DNA of 64,000 nucleotides, taken from positions 3,297 through 67,296 of the forward strand of contig CAZLQI010000006.1 of NCBI GenBank assembly GCA_964561765.1, given 5' to 3'. Made by a program: the position numbers and the translations under genes. The notes under the pieces are model-generated. The model did no database searches and had not been told where the DNA came from. It saw nothing but the letters and a program-made list of their open reading frames with translations. This document shows positions 10,031-21,246 of this stretch, piece after piece (within the stretch, counting starts at the first letter, position 1; each line of letters opens with the position of its first letter). The stretch is from an uncultured Chromatiales bacterium (GTDB taxonomy: Bacteria > Pseudomonadota > Gammaproteobacteria > DATFLL01).

Positions 10031-10399
10031 ATGGACAAGACCCCGAGACCCACTGAAATCAATCTGCATCAGAAGTCGCGTATTCTGGAGCTGGCCTTCG
10101 ATGATGGCAGCCGCTTCAAACTACCCTGCGAGTACCTGCGGGTCTTCTCACCTTCCGCCGAGGTGCGCGGTCACGGCCCCGGCCAGGAAGTGCTCCAGTT
10201 CGGCAAGGAAAATGTGAATATCACCCAGATCGAGCCGGTGGGCGTCTACGCAGTGCAGTTGTATTTCGATGACGACCACAATACCGGTATCTATTCCTGG
10301 GAGACACTCTACACGCTGGGCGTACAACAGAACACACTCTGGCCGGAGTATCTGGAACGCTTGGAGAAGGCTGGTTACTCGCGTAAACAGGCAGACTGA
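10031..10399 (+). CDS. DUF971 (gamma-butyrobetaine hydroxylase-like N-terminal domain) protein
   Basis: 122 aa; [40 protein letters not shown]...[25 protein letters not shown]; conserved position between hslU and ubiE. Confidence 0.7.
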   Translation: MDKTPRPTEINLHQKSRILELAFDDGSRFKLPCEYLRVFSPSAEVRGHGPGQEVLQFGKENVNITQIEPVGVYAVQLYFDDDHNTGIYSWETLYTLGVQQNTLWPEYLERLEKAGYSRKQAD

Positions 10400-10437
10400 A
10401 CAGGGGAGAATCGTTCCCCCCCTCCCAGGAGCAACGC

Positions 10438-11187
10438 ATGAGCGACGACAAGACCACGCATTTCGGTTTTCAGCAGGTGCCGCGCGAGGAGAAGGTGCGC
10501 AAGGTCGCCGGGGTGTTCCACTCTGTCGCGGCCAGGTACGACCTCATGAACGATCTGATGTCGCTGGGTATTCATCGGATATGGAAACGGTTCACTATCG
10601 AGCAAAGTGGCGTGCGGCATGGCTATCGCGTACTCGATCTGGCCGGTGGCACGGGCGACCTCACCGCGCGCTTCTCGCACATGGTCGGTCCCGAGGGCGA
10701 GGTGGTGCTCGCCGACATCAATGACTCCATGCTCAAGGTGGGTCGCGCGCGGCTGGTCGATCGCGGGGTGGTCGGCAATCTGCGCTACGTGCAGGCCAAT
10801 GCCGAGTGTCTGCCGTTTCCCGACAACAGCTTTGACTGCATTACCATGGCCTTCGGCCTGCGCAATGTCACCGACAAGGATGGCGCACTGGCTTCGATGT
10901 ACCGGGTGCTCAAACCCGGCTCTCCGCTATTGGTGCTGGAGTTCTCCAAGCCGGTCGTCCCCGGACTGGGCCCGATCTACGATGCGTATTCGTTCAAACT
11001 CCTGCCGCTGATGGGCAAGCTCGTGGCCAACGACCCGGACAGTTACCGCTATCTGGCGGAATCAATCCGCATGCACCCCGATCAGGAAACGCTCAAGGGC
11101 ATGATGACGGCAGTGGGTTTCGAACGCTGTGACTACTTCAACCTCACTGGCGGCATCGTTGCGCTGCACCGTGGTTACAAACTCTAG
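10438..11187 (+). CDS. ubiE: Ubiquinone/menaquinone C-methyltransferase UbiE
   Basis: [45 protein letters not shown]...[11 protein letters not shown]; 249 aa. Confidence 0.9.
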   Translation: MSDDKTTHFGFQQVPREEKVRKVAGVFHSVAARYDLMNDLMSLGIHRIWKRFTIEQSGVRHGYRVLDLAGGTGDLTARFSHMVGPEGEVVLADINDSMLKVGRARLVDRGVVGNLRYVQANAECLPFPDNSFDCITMAFGLRNVTDKDGALASMYRVLKPGSPLLVLEFSKPVVPGLGPIYDAYSFKLLPLMGKLVANDPDSYRYLAESIRMHPDQETLKGMMTAVGFERCDYFNLTGGIVALHRGYKL

Positions 11188-11368
11188 TGTCTGGCGGATG
11201 ATGAGAGGGCGTGGCAAGTCGATATCTTTGCGAAAGCTTCATGAATGCGAGGCGGGCCGTCATCTTGTTTAATGAGAAACCAGGTCGATTCGAACGATCA
11301 TCCCTCTGTATCCCCCCATTGGCGGCGACAATGGCCCGCCGTCGTTGTGATGTGCCCGGCGAGATCGC

Positions 11369-12076
11369 ATGGCGACGCGAGGTGAACTCGTGAGCACTGC
11401 GCCCGGCGTCACCCGGGAACTCGCCCTGGTCTTGGCCGAGACCCTGGAGACCACACTCAACCACGTGTTGGCCCACGACCCGGATACGTTGGCGCGTTTC
11501 GGTATGCTTACCGGACAGGTCATCGCCATCGAGCTTGATGGTGTGGTGATTGCGGGGGAGACGCTGCGCGTGTACCTGCTGCCGCATGCGAGGGGGGTGC
11601 AGATCCTCACCCACCATCATGTGAACGCTGACACCGTCCTGCGTGGCACGCCACTGGCCCTGGCGGGTATGTCACTGGAGCGCGACGGCCTGCGCCGCCT
11701 GTTTAGCGGTGAGGTGGCGATTAGCGGGGACATCGAGCTGGGCCAGCGTTTCAAGCGTATCCTCGACGGGCTGGATATCGACTGGGAGGAATGGCTCGCG
11801 CACTACAGCGGTGACACGGTGGCCTACCGCACTGGTCGCCTGCTCCGGAGGGGGCGACAGTGGCTGGGTGAGACGGGGACGGCCCTGAGCCGGGATGTCA
11901 GCGAATATCTGCGCTACGAGGCCGCGGTGCTGGTCGATCGGGTGAGCATTGACTCGTTTTTCGATGACATCGATCGCACCCACAGTGATGTCGATCGCCT
12001 GTCTGCGCGTATCATGCGACTGGAGCGCGGCGCGAAGGCCACGGCAGATGCTCCAGAGGATCAGGCAGACTGTTAG
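11369..12076 (+). CDS. ubiJ: Ubiquinone biosynthesis accessory factor UbiJ (SCP2 domain); the start may be GTG at about 11390
   Basis: Position between ubiE and ubiB; SCP2-like N-terminal region (LALVLAETLETTLNHVLAHDPDTLARFGMLTGQVIAIEL); acidic coiled C-terminus. Confidence 0.65.
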   Translation: MATRGELVSTAPGVTRELALVLAETLETTLNHVLAHDPDTLARFGMLTGQVIAIELDGVVIAGETLRVYLLPHARGVQILTHHHVNADTVLRGTPLALAGMSLERDGLRRLFSGEVAISGDIELGQRFKRILDGLDIDWEEWLAHYSGDTVAYRTGRLLRRGRQWLGETGTALSRDVSEYLRYEAAVLVDRVSIDSFFDDIDRTHSDVDRLSARIMRLERGAKATADAPEDQADC

Positions 12077-12194
12077 AGAGTTGTCGGCCTTGGGTTGTGC
12101 TTCCAGTTTGCGTGCCATGACTCCCGAAATCAGACTGCCTTGCGCGCCACCGCGCAAGACCATTCACTGATAAACTATAAAAGGAAACTGCTGC

Positions 12195-13853
12195 GTGCTA
12201 CGTCCCGGCCATATTTTTCGCCTGCTCCATATCAGTTGGGTGCTGGTGCGCCATGGTCTCGATGATCTGATCCTCGCCACCCATCTGTTTCGCCCGGTGC
12301 GTTTCCTGCGCTATCTTACGCCCTGGCACTGGTTGCCGCATGGCCGGGTTAGCCGTGGCGCACGGATTCGCCACGCCCTTGAAGACCTCGGCCCCATCTT
12401 CGTCAAGCTCGGCCAGATCCTGTCCACGCGTCGTGACCTGTTGCCCGACGACATTGCCAATGAACTGGCCCGATTGCAGGATCGTGTACCGCCGTTTCCC
12501 GGCCAGCAGGCACGGGCCATCATCGAGCGCGCTCTGGGTGGTTCGCTCGAGAGTTTTTTTGTCGAGTTTGACGAAACGCCGCTGGCCTCAGCCTCGATCG
12601 CTCAGGTGCATGCCGCACTCCTGCCCGATGGGCGTGAGGTGGTGGTCAAGGTGTTGCGGCCCACGATTTTGCCGGTCATCCGCCGCGACCTGCAGCTCAT
12701 GTACATCGTGGCCGACAAGATAACCCGTTACTGGGGTGATGGACGGCGCCTGCGCCCGCGTGAGGTGGTCCGCGAGTTTGAAAAGACCCTGCTCGATGAG
12801 CTCGATCTCATGCGCGAGGCGGCCAATGCCAGCCAGCTGCGGCGCAACTTCGCCGATTCACCGATACTCTACGTGCCCGATGTCGACTGGACGTTGACGC
12901 GGCGCAACGTCATGGTCATGGAGCGCATCCATGGCCTCCCCATCAGTGATATCAAGGCATTGCGCGCAGCAGATATCTCTTTGTCTGAACTGGCAGAGAA
13001 GGGGGTGGAGATATTTTTTACCCAGGTCTTTCGTGACAGTTTTTTTCATGCGGACATGCATCCGGGTAATATATTCGTCTCGCCCGAGGGGCAGTATATT
13101 GCTGTAGACTTCGGCATCATGGGCACGCTCAGTCCGATCGATCAGCGCTATCTCGCGGGAAACTTTTTGGCCTTCTTCCGCCGTGACTACCGGCGGGTCG
13201 CCGAGCTGCATGTCGAGTCGGGCTGGGTCGGTGAAGACACGCGCATCGAAGAGTTTGAATCCGCTATTCGCACCGTGTGCGAACCCATCTTCGACAAGCC
13301 ACTGAAAGAAATCTCCTTTGGCCAGTTGTTGTTGCGCCTGTTCCAGACCGCACGACGTTTTGACATGCAGGTCCAGCCCCAACTCGTATTACTGCAAAAG
13401 ACGCTGCTCAATATCGAGGGTCTTGGCCGGCAGCTCTACCCCGAGCTTGATCTGTGGAAGACCGCCAAGCCGTTTCTGGAGCGCTGGATGTCCGAACAGG
13501 TCGGTGTGCGCGCGCTGTGGCGCGGTATCAAAGGCAATGCCCCGCTGTGGCTCGAACATGTGCCGCGTCTGCCCAGCCTCATGCACGATGTGCTCGCTCA
13601 GGCCCGTGATGGCACTCTCAGCATTGAGTGGACGTCAAAACAACTCACCGATCTCAAACACGAGATATACCGTGCCAACCGTCGCAGCGTTGGTGCCATT
13701 GCCGGTGGCAGTCTGATTATCGCCGCCGCGGTGCTCTTGGGTCTCAACGGCCCGACCCTTGCCCGTCTCGCTGGAGTGCCGATCTGGAGCTGGATACTCG
13801 GCGGGCTGGGTCTGCTCAGTCTGCTGTTGGCCTGGCCTCGGCGCTCAAAATAA
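12195..13853 (+). CDS. ubiB: Ubiquinone biosynthesis regulatory protein kinase UbiB (ABC1/ADCK family)
   Basis: 552 aa, GTG start; [20 protein letters not shown]...[13 protein letters not shown]...[11 protein letters not shown]; C-terminal TM helices. Confidence 0.9.
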   Translation: MLRPGHIFRLLHISWVLVRHGLDDLILATHLFRPVRFLRYLTPWHWLPHGRVSRGARIRHALEDLGPIFVKLGQILSTRRDLLPDDIANELARLQDRVPPFPGQQARAIIERALGGSLESFFVEFDETPLASASIAQVHAALLPDGREVVVKVLRPTILPVIRRDLQLMYIVADKITRYWGDGRRLRPREVVREFEKTLLDELDLMREAANASQLRRNFADSPILYVPDVDWTLTRRNVMVMERIHGLPISDIKALRAADISLSELAEKGVEIFFTQVFRDSFFHADMHPGNIFVSPEGQYIAVDFGIMGTLSPIDQRYLAGNFLAFFRRDYRRVAELHVESGWVGEDTRIEEFESAIRTVCEPIFDKPLKEISFGQLLLRLFQTARRFDMQVQPQLVLLQKTLLNIEGLGRQLYPELDLWKTAKPFLERWMSEQVGVRALWRGIKGNAPLWLEHVPRLPSLMHDVLAQARDGTLSIEWTSKQLTDLKHEIYRANRRSVGAIAGGSLIIAAAVLLGLNGPTLARLAGVPIWSWILGGLGLLSLLLAWPRRSK

Positions 13854-13995
13854 GGCGTACACACAACAAGACCAGAGGGTATTCAGTGACCCGCGCACAC
13901 TGGTCAGCGAGGGGACAGACTCCGACTGCTGACCGCCACGGTGAGTGTGCCAGTGGCGTTTCACCTTGGATGTTGATTCCGATAAGGGGGAGAGG

Positions 13996-14790
13996 ATGGA
14001 GGAACACAACCCATATCACCCGCCACAGGCGCCAGTGGCGGATCAGGCGCCGCTGACCGGGGCATGGCGACTGGTCGAACCGCGCACGCTGCCCGTGGGG
14101 AGCGGCTGGGATTGGATCGCCGCGGGTTGGCGATATTTCATGATGAGTCCGGGTATTTGGGTCGTGAATGGCTTGGTGTATTTTGTCATCGCACTCATCA
14201 TCGGCGTGATGCCGTTTGTCTCCAGCATACTGAATACGCTGTTCGCCCCCGTCTTTATCGGCGGCCTTACGCTGGGTTGCCGTGACCTGGATGAGGGCCG
14301 CGAGTTGCGCGTGGAACATCTGTTTGCCGGTTTCAGACAGAACCTGGGTAGTCTGATAGGTGTTGGAGGGGGATATCTTCTGGGCATGATGGTCGTCGGT
14401 CTGTGTGTCGTCATCGTGGTCATAATGACCTTTGGCATCCCCGTTCTGTTACATCCGGAGCTGGCAGCAGCGGGGCCCGTCATGGCTGTTGGCGGGATCA
14501 TGCTGGCCGTGTTGGTAGGGGTGGTGTTGATGGCACCGTTATTGATGGCCTACTGGTTCGCTCCCTTGCTGGTGGTTCTGAACGATGTGCCGCCGTTTGA
14601 GGCCATGCGCATGAGCTTTCGTGCCAGTCTGGTCAATATGTGGCCGTTGACGATCTATGGCCTGCTCATGTTCGTATTCGGTCTGCTGGCGAGCCTGCCC
14701 GTGTTTCTCGGCCTGCTGGTCTTTTTCCCCGTGACATGGGCCTCGACCTATGCGGCCTACAAGGCCATTTTTCTTGAACCCGCTGAATGA
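13996..14790 (+). CDS. Polytopic inner-membrane protein of unknown function (start taken at MEEHNPYHPP)
   Basis: Five to six hydrophobic segments; no recognisable catalytic motif. Confidence 0.45.
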   Translation: MEEHNPYHPPQAPVADQAPLTGAWRLVEPRTLPVGSGWDWIAAGWRYFMMSPGIWVVNGLVYFVIALIIGVMPFVSSILNTLFAPVFIGGLTLGCRDLDEGRELRVEHLFAGFRQNLGSLIGVGGGYLLGMMVVGLCVVIVVIMTFGIPVLLHPELAAAGPVMAVGGIMLAVLVGVVLMAPLLMAYWFAPLLVVLNDVPPFEAMRMSFRASLVNMWPLTIYGLLMFVFGLLASLPVFLGLLVFFPVTWASTYAAYKAIFLEPAE

Positions 14791-15007
14791 TGACGACGTG
14801 TCCTCTTCATCTTCTCCGTCTGCAATCAAAGAAGACACTTAGGATTCTGACTAAAATTAATTTTACACCTTCATCGTGGATGTAACTCGTAGTTCCAGTT
14901 GCCTAATGCACCTATCGGATAGGCCATGCCGATAAATGTGGAAATGTTATTCTGACGCGAGTCCTTAGGGCCTCCTCGTTCCTGTCGGGTTACCGGGGGC
15001 CATTTCT

Positions 15008-15901
15008 TCACCTCCACGCTGGCGCGGCAGGTCGATGATGGCGACGGTGTCGAGTTTTCGCGGCCTGGAGCGAGTGGGACAAGGATGCTTGCCATAGATG
15101 TTCCCTGTGCTGGTGTTGGAGTCGAATGAGTTCAGAGACCGGCACCAGACGTATACCCGCAGCCGCAAGCCGGGGCAAAAGCAGCGCCAGTGTTTGGAGT
15201 GTAGCTGGGTGTGGGTGGCCGATACCCAGTGCCGTGCCATGGCGTCGGGCATAGAGAATCAGCGCAAGAAACTGGCGACGGATGGCCTTGGGTTGCAGGA
15301 CATTGTCGAGAAAGACATTGCGGCGTGTGTTGTTGATACCATTGTCCATGGCGACGTGCTGGGCTACGGTTTCGCTTGAGGTCCGGCTATCGACAAAGAA
15401 CAGCCGCCCGCCCCGATACATCAGTTCGTGCATCAGCCAGCGCATCTGTCGGGTGTGCTGGGTGAGCAGACTACCCATGTGGTTGTTGACGCCGGCGACA
15501 TAGGGAATGGCGGCCAAATCGGCGCGCACCGTGCGCAGGAATGCGATCTTGTCCATCGCCAGGGTCAGACCGCCAGGTCCCAGGGGATGGGGGTGTTCGG
15601 CGGCCATTGGCAGGTGCAGCATGACCTGCTTGCCCAATCGATGCGCCCGGCACGCGAGTTGGACGGCATAAGGGGTGTGCGGGAGAAAGGCGATAGTGAC
15701 AGGTCCAGGCAGATCCACGGCCTGCATACCTTCCTGCAGATTGTAGCCGACGTCATCGATGATGAGGCTGATTGCGGGACGTTGGAAGGCGAGTGACAGC
15801 GGTGCGGGTCGGATCGGATGGGTGTCCGCCATGGCGGGGGTGGCGAGAAGGCCGACCACAAGTGCCAGTACGGATAAAAAGGGTGAGTGTGTATCGTGCA
15901 T
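15008..15901 (-). CDS. yibQ: Divergent polysaccharide deacetylase family protein (YibQ-like); start taken at MHDTHSPFLSVL
   Basis: Signal peptide; LIIDDVGYN...TIAFLPHTPY...HLPMAAEH...HPHPATLQTL motifs of the YibQ family; conserved position after ctpA and envC. Confidence 0.7.
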   Translation of the reverse strand: MHDTHSPFLSVLALVVGLLATPAMADTHPIRPAPLSLAFQRPAISLIIDDVGYNLQEGMQAVDLPGPVTIAFLPHTPYAVQLACRAHRLGKQVMLHLPMAAEHPHPLGPGGLTLAMDKIAFLRTVRADLAAIPYVAGVNNHMGSLLTQHTRQMRWLMHELMYRGGRLFFVDSRTSSETVAQHVAMDNGINNTRRNVFLDNVLQPKAIRRQFLALILYARRHGTALGIGHPHPATLQTLALLLPRLAAAGIRLVPVSELIRLQHQHREHLWQASLSHSLQAAKTRHRRHHRPAAPAWR

Positions 15902-15971
15902 ACGGTGGCGAGCGTAATGCGCACCCCCGGCTGCCGGGGGGCGTGGCGCTTGCGTTCGGGACCCGTCAGGG

Positions 15972-17315
15972 CTACTTGTGCCTGACCAGATACAGACCCT
16001 TGAGTAGATCGAGTGCCGCGTAGACCGGATAATCGGTCTTGGCGAGTTCAAGCTGCTCTTGCCGGTCTTTTTTCACGGCTTTGGCGTTGGTTCGGCCAGC
16101 GTTGTTGTTGACCAGATGGCCAGTGAGGTCCTTTTCCTTCAGCGGCGTAATAGTGCCCCGATGGGTGCTGGCCAGTTTGAAGTTGTTGAGTACGATACCC
16201 GGTTCGATGCCTTTGGCCTGAATGGAGCGGCCGCTGGGCGTGTAGTAGCGCGCGGTCGTCAGCTTGACCGCCGTACCGTCACCGAGCGGCAGGATGGTTT
16301 GTACCGATCCCTTGCCGAAGGTGCGGCGTCCCATGATGATTGCACGATGATCATCTTGTAGGGCGCCAGCGACGATCTCGGAGGCGGAGGCGGAACCGCC
16401 ATTGACCAGCACCACCATGGGGGCGCCATTGAGCACATCCCCGGGGGTCGCGCGACGCACGAGATCGGCGTCGGGAGTGCGGCCCCTCACGCTGACGATG
16501 GTGCCCTTCTGGACAAAGGCATTGGCAACATCAACGGCGGCATTGAGCAGACCACCGGGGTTGTTGCGCAGGTCGAGGATCAGCCCCTTGAGCGGTCGTT
16601 TGTTTTCCTTTCTGAGTTTGGCTATCGCCTTGAGCATGTCCTCACCGGTGTGTTGCTGGAACTGCGCCAGGCGCAGATAGCCGAAGCCGGGTTCGAGCAG
16701 GTGGCTTCTGACGCTGTGCACCTGGATGCGGGCACGGGTCAAGGTGACGGTGAACGGCCTGTCGACGCCCTCGCGTACGATGGTCAGCGTGATCTTGCTG
16801 CCCGCCTTGCCGCGCATCCGCTTCACTGCGTCGTTGAGGGTCATGCCCTTCACCGGGGTGTCACCGAGGCGGATGATCAGATCACCCGGTTTGATCCCGG
16901 CGCGTTGGGCCGGCGTGTCATCAATAGGGGAGATGACCTTGATGAAACCGTTTTCCATGCCGACCTCGATACCCAGGCCACCGAATTCACCGGAGGTGCT
17001 GATGCGCATCTCCTTGAAGGTTTCCTTGTTGAGGTAGGCGGAGTGCGGATCGAGGCTGTCGACCATGCCACGGATGGCGTTTTCGAGTAGTTTCTTGTCG
17101 GAGACGGGTTCGACGTAGTCGCGCTTGATGAGGGAATAGACCTCACTGAAGTCACGTAACTCGCCAATCGGCAAAGTCGCTGCGCTAGAGTTCACAGCGG
17201 CAGCCGCGGCGTTTGCTGTGCTTCGATCCGCCAGCACGCTTTGGCCGATGACCAGAGAGACACCGAGGGTGATGCCCAGCAGCAGGATGAGAAAATAACG
17301 CGAGTACAGTTTCAT
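15972..17315 (-). CDS. ctpA: Carboxyl-terminal processing protease CtpA (S41 family, PDZ domain)
   Basis: 447 aa; signal peptide; PDZ (GIKPGDLIIRLGDTPVKGMTL); LILDLRNNPGGLL and GGSASASEIVAGALQD catalytic motifs. Confidence 0.85.
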   Translation of the reverse strand: MKLYSRYFLILLLGITLGVSLVIGQSVLADRSTANAAAAAVNSSAATLPIGELRDFSEVYSLIKRDYVEPVSDKKLLENAIRGMVDSLDPHSAYLNKETFKEMRISTSGEFGGLGIEVGMENGFIKVISPIDDTPAQRAGIKPGDLIIRLGDTPVKGMTLNDAVKRMRGKAGSKITLTIVREGVDRPFTVTLTRARIQVHSVRSHLLEPGFGYLRLAQFQQHTGEDMLKAIAKLRKENKRPLKGLILDLRNNPGGLLNAAVDVANAFVQKGTIVSVRGRTPDADLVRRATPGDVLNGAPMVVLVNGGSASASEIVAGALQDDHRAIIMGRRTFGKGSVQTILPLGDGTAVKLTTARYYTPSGRSIQAKGIEPGIVLNNFKLASTHRGTITPLKEKDLTGHLVNNNAGRTNAKAVKKDRQEQLELAKTDYPVYAALDLLKGLYLVRHK

Positions 17316-17465
17316 CAGTCAAGGCTCCCTGGGTTTTCCGCGCCCAGTTTGTGTGCAGATTGTGTTATGTCAGACTATCGGACAGGGTGATTCTTGCGCA
17401 CGATAGTACCGTAAAGCGTGCGACGGTACACCCACTAAAGCCTGGATGCGGGTGCGCGTCGATGT

Positions 17466-18665
17466 TTAGCTGCCGCGGCTGCGCCGTTGCCCGGTCTTGC
17501 GACACCAGCGGCCCGGATCGATGGGTCGGCCATTGTGGCGAATCTCAAAGTACAGGCCGGTTACGCTGGCACCGCCGCTGTCGCCCACCGTAGCAATGAC
17601 GTCACCGGGCTCGACCCAGTCGCCGGTTTCCTTGTACAAGGCCTGGTTGTGGCCGTAGAGGGTCATGTAACCGTTGCCGTGATCAATGATCATGAGCAGG
17701 CCATAGCCCCGTAGCCAGTCAGCGAAGGCGACCCGGCCGTGCGAGATGGCATGCACGGCGCGTCCCTGCGGGGCATGAATGATCGCGCCGTTCCAGTTGA
17801 TGTTGCCCAGCCGGCGGCGACCGTAGAGGTTCTGGATCGTGCCCTGTGTTGGCCAGGGGAGTCGGCCTTTGAGTTGCCAGAACGGTTGATGGTGGTCCGG
17901 CTCGGCGGGGATATCCGCCATGGCCTGGTTCAGGGCGCGCAAGAGGTGGTCCAGGCGTTTTTTATTCGCAACCAGCCGTGCGAGTTCCTGTCCCTTGGTG
18001 TCCATCTTCAGGTGTAGGTGGGCGACTACCTGGGCACGTTCGCGGTAATGTGCGTCGAGGCGGCGTTTGTCCTGTTGCTGGCGGGCCTGGAGGGTGTGTA
18101 GGTTCGTGGTCTGTTGGTGGATGTCGGCCGTGACCTGGTTAATCTGGGTCAAGGTGCCGAGGACGGCGTGGATGCGTTTGGCACGGGCGCGATTGAAATA
18201 GCCATAATAGGTCATGACCCGACCCAGCGCGGCCGGGTCCTGTTGATTGAGCAGCAGTTTGAGGTATTCCTGGTGGCCGATGGCGAACGCGGCGCGTACC
18301 TGATCTGCCAGCAGACGCCGCTGCAGGTCGAGGCGTGTGCGTAGGCGCGATGCCTTGGCCTGCAGGGTATTCAGGCGACGTTGCACGGCGGCAAGGCGCC
18401 GGGCGGAATGGTGCAGGTTGCGCGCAATTCGGCCAATCGCCAGCTCGACTCGTCGCAGCGCGCGGCGCGCGGCGTCATGCTGACCGCGCAGGTTATCGAA
18501 TTCCTTGCGTACCGTGGCGATGCGTGCGCGCAGGCGTTCGAGTTCATGCGCCTGGGTCTGGCGCTGGGCGCGGGTCAGTGCGGGCGTGCCATTGCCGAAG
18601 GCGAACGTGGCGGGATAGCCGGTGGTGAGCAGGGCGATGAACAGCCAGGCGATGAGTTTGAGCAA
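17466..18665 (-). CDS. envC: Murein hydrolase activator EnvC-like (coiled coil plus M23/LytM domain)
   Basis: Long coiled-coil N-terminal region; C-terminal HGNGYMTLYGHNQALYKETGDWVEPGDVIATVGDSGG. Confidence 0.8.
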   Translation of the reverse strand: MLKLIAWLFIALLTTGYPATFAFGNGTPALTRAQRQTQAHELERLRARIATVRKEFDNLRGQHDAARRALRRVELAIGRIARNLHHSARRLAAVQRRLNTLQAKASRLRTRLDLQRRLLADQVRAAFAIGHQEYLKLLLNQQDPAALGRVMTYYGYFNRARAKRIHAVLGTLTQINQVTADIHQQTTNLHTLQARQQQDKRRLDAHYRERAQVVAHLHLKMDTKGQELARLVANKKRLDHLLRALNQAMADIPAEPDHHQPFWQLKGRLPWPTQGTIQNLYGRRRLGNINWNGAIIHAPQGRAVHAISHGRVAFADWLRGYGLLMIIDHGNGYMTLYGHNQALYKETGDWVEPGDVIATVGDSGGASVTGLYFEIRHNGRPIDPGRWCRKTGQRRSRGS

Positions 18666-18794
18666 GGCGTGAGGTTTCTTCAGCGCAGAGGGCTCCTCTT
18701 GTGTCCTGAGTACGGCGTGGAGGCGATGTCCGGGAAGCGACCTGAATGTGGTGCCAGCTTACTACAGGGTGCAGGTGAATGCAGGACGGGTATT

Positions 18795-18803
18795 CCCCCC
18801 CCC
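18795..18803. repeat. C9 homopolymer tract in the envC upstream region
   Basis: tattccccccccc g read directly. Confidence 0.85.
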
Positions 18804-18816
18804 GCCCGGCGAGGTG

Positions 18817-20388
18817 TCAGGTGCAGGCGTCTTGCCGTGTATCGTCGTTGAGCACGATGAGTGAGCGGCCGTTCATTTCTGTCGGTTGCGCAAGCCCCAT
18901 GAGGTAGAGCAGAGTGGGAGCAACGTCGGACAGAGCCCCATTTTCGGTCATGCGGGCGGGACGTCCGACATAGATGCAGGGCACAGGATTGCTGGTGTGC
19001 GCGGTGTGCGCCTGGCCGGTATCGCGGTTGCTCATCTGTTCGGCATTGCCATGGTCGGCGGTAATCAATGCCTCACCACCGACCTCCCGTACGGCTCCAA
19101 TGACACGTTCCAGCATACAGTCCATGACCTCGATGGCCTTGAGTGTCGCGGCAAAGTTGCCCGTATGCCCGACCATGTCGGGGTTGGCATAATTGCAAAT
19201 GATGGTGTCGTATCTGTCACTCTTGATGGCTTCGACCAGTTTGTCGGTCAGCGCGGGGGCACTCATCTCGGGCTGTTGGTCGTAGGTGGCGACGTTCGGT
19301 GAGGGGATCAGTATTCGATCTTCGCCGTCGAAGGGGGCCTCGCGCCCGCCATTGAAGAAGAACGTGACGTGAGCGTATTTCTCGGTCTCGGCAATACGTA
19401 ATTGGCGCAGACCCAGGCTGGAGATATAGGCGCCCAGTACGTTGACTATGCGATCGGGTGGATAGGCGACCGGGATATCGAAGTCGGCGCTGTATTCGGT
19501 GAGGCTGACAAAGGCGCCGAGCCGGGGTACGGCCGCACGCTCGAAGTTGTCAAAGTCTGACTCGATGAAGGCACGGGTGATCTGGCGGGCGCGGTCCGAG
19601 CGGTAATTCATGAAAATGATGACATCACCGTCTTCCACCTGCACCGGCTGTTCACCCGCGGGCACGATGGCGGTGGCCTTGACGAACTCATCGGTTTCGC
19701 CACGCGCATAGGCCATGCCGAGCCCGGTTAGCGCATCCGTTGCCTGAAAGTCGGCAGCGCCCCGGGTAATGAGGTCATAGGCGGACTGGATGCGCGGCCA
19801 GCGGTGGTCGCGGTCCATGGCGTAGTAACGCCCGATGAGGGAGGCGAAGCGGCCTTGGCCGAGCGCCGCAAACTTGGCTTGCATGGCCTTGATAGACGCG
19901 ATCGCACTCTTGGGTGCGGTGTCGCGCCCGTCGAGGAAGGCATGCAGGTACACCTGCGGGGCGTGCAGGTGGGTGGTCAGTTCAACCATGGCGTGGATGT
20001 GTTCTTCGTGACTGTGGACCCCACCGGGGGAGAGCAGGCCGAGGATATGCACCGCCTTGTTAGCATGCCTGGCCTGTTCCACCGCGTTGATCAGAGTCTG
20101 GTTGGAGAAGAATGAGCCGGTTCTGATGGCACGACTGACGCGCGTGTATTCCTGGTAGACCACACGTCCGGCCCCCAAGTTGAGATGCCCCACCTCTGAA
20201 TTGCCCATTTGCCCGGTGGGCAGCCCGACTTCGGCGCCAGAGCCGCGGATCAGCGTGTGCGGGCAGGCCTGCCATAATTGCGCCCAGAAGGGCGTATTGG
20301 CGGCGATAATGGCGTTGCCTTCCCGGGATTCACTGTAACCCCAGCCGTCGAGGATGATCAGGGTCATGGGACGGAATTTTAAGGACAT
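18817..20388 (-). CDS. gpmI: 2,3-bisphosphoglycerate-independent phosphoglycerate mutase
   Basis: 523 aa; [13 protein letters not shown]...; typical GpmI length and motifs. Confidence 0.9.
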   Translation of the reverse strand: MSLKFRPMTLIILDGWGYSESREGNAIIAANTPFWAQLWQACPHTLIRGSGAEVGLPTGQMGNSEVGHLNLGAGRVVYQEYTRVSRAIRTGSFFSNQTLINAVEQARHANKAVHILGLLSPGGVHSHEEHIHAMVELTTHLHAPQVYLHAFLDGRDTAPKSAIASIKAMQAKFAALGQGRFASLIGRYYAMDRDHRWPRIQSAYDLITRGAADFQATDALTGLGMAYARGETDEFVKATAIVPAGEQPVQVEDGDVIIFMNYRSDRARQITRAFIESDFDNFERAAVPRLGAFVSLTEYSADFDIPVAYPPDRIVNVLGAYISSLGLRQLRIAETEKYAHVTFFFNGGREAPFDGEDRILIPSPNVATYDQQPEMSAPALTDKLVEAIKSDRYDTIICNYANPDMVGHTGNFAATLKAIEVMDCMLERVIGAVREVGGEALITADHGNAEQMSNRDTGQAHTAHTSNPVPCIYVGRPARMTENGALSDVAPTLLYLMGLAQPTEMNGRSLIVLNDDTRQDACT

Positions 20389-20677
20389 GGGTACTCTGCA
20401 GGTATGAATTAACAGATTTTCAGTGGTGTTTGGACTGGATCTAGATCCATTCTAATGTCGACTTTAACGTAAAGCCAATCCGATTGCACATGCTGTGGTC
20501 TTTTCTGCCATTGCACAAAAATACCATAAATAAAGTGTTTATTGCCTGTTAAAACGTTAGATTATTGTATAATGTTTCGATTATAAACTAAGTCGCTTGC
20601 TGCCAAGTATTATAAAGGATGATTCTCCATCATCACATAGCGGCTTGAATTGTGTGTACCAGAACGGGGCCATATTT
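20389..20677. promoter_or_regulatory. AT-rich intergenic regulatory region upstream of the arsR-family gene, with several palindromes
   Basis: ggatctagatcc (20437-20448). aataaa gtg tttatt (20529-20543). Repeated attgcaca. tataat at 20578-20583. Confidence 0.4.
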
Positions 20678-21013
20678 ATGGAAGCAATACTGGAATTTCA
20701 CACCGATACCCTTATTACCCGCGATGAGGATATCGACCGGGCATCGCGTTCATTGAAGGCGATGTCGCATCCGCTACGATTGAAAATACTCTGTACCCTG
20801 GGCGATCGCGAGATCAGTGTTCAGGATATTGTGGGACATGTTGGCACCTCGCAGAGCAATATTTCCCAGCATCTTGCCATCCTGCGCGACAAGGGTATCC
20901 TGGCCTCGCGCAAGGATGCCAACCGCGTTTATTACCGGGTGGGTGATGCGCGTACTTTGCGTCTCATCAGCATGATGCGAGAGGTATTTTGCACCATGGC
21001 ACCGGATAACTGA
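20678..21013 (+). CDS. ArsR/SmtB-family transcriptional regulator (YgaV/BigR-like)
   Basis: MSHPLRLKILCTLGDREISVQDIVGHVGTSQSNISQHLAILRDKGILASRKDANRVYYRV; gene GC is clearly lower than its neighbours. Confidence 0.8.
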   Translation: MEAILEFHTDTLITRDEDIDRASRSLKAMSHPLRLKILCTLGDREISVQDIVGHVGTSQSNISQHLAILRDKGILASRKDANRVYYRVGDARTLRLISMMREVFCTMAPDN

Positions 21014-21246
21014 GTACGCCATTAACGACATGGCGGCGGGTGTTGACCCGCAAACCATGAACAGGGCATGAGAACCGGTGTCCGGGGCACGGATCATCGG
21101 TGGTCGTGTTTACCGGTATTCCTATTTCGAGCTGTTTCCGTTATCTTAGGCGACCGGATTCCGGCGCGCCACGCGGCCTTGCGTGGCGTGTGGCGTCATC
21201 ACTGTGCAACGCATACGATTTGTTGTCTACCCGAGGTGTGTCCGTC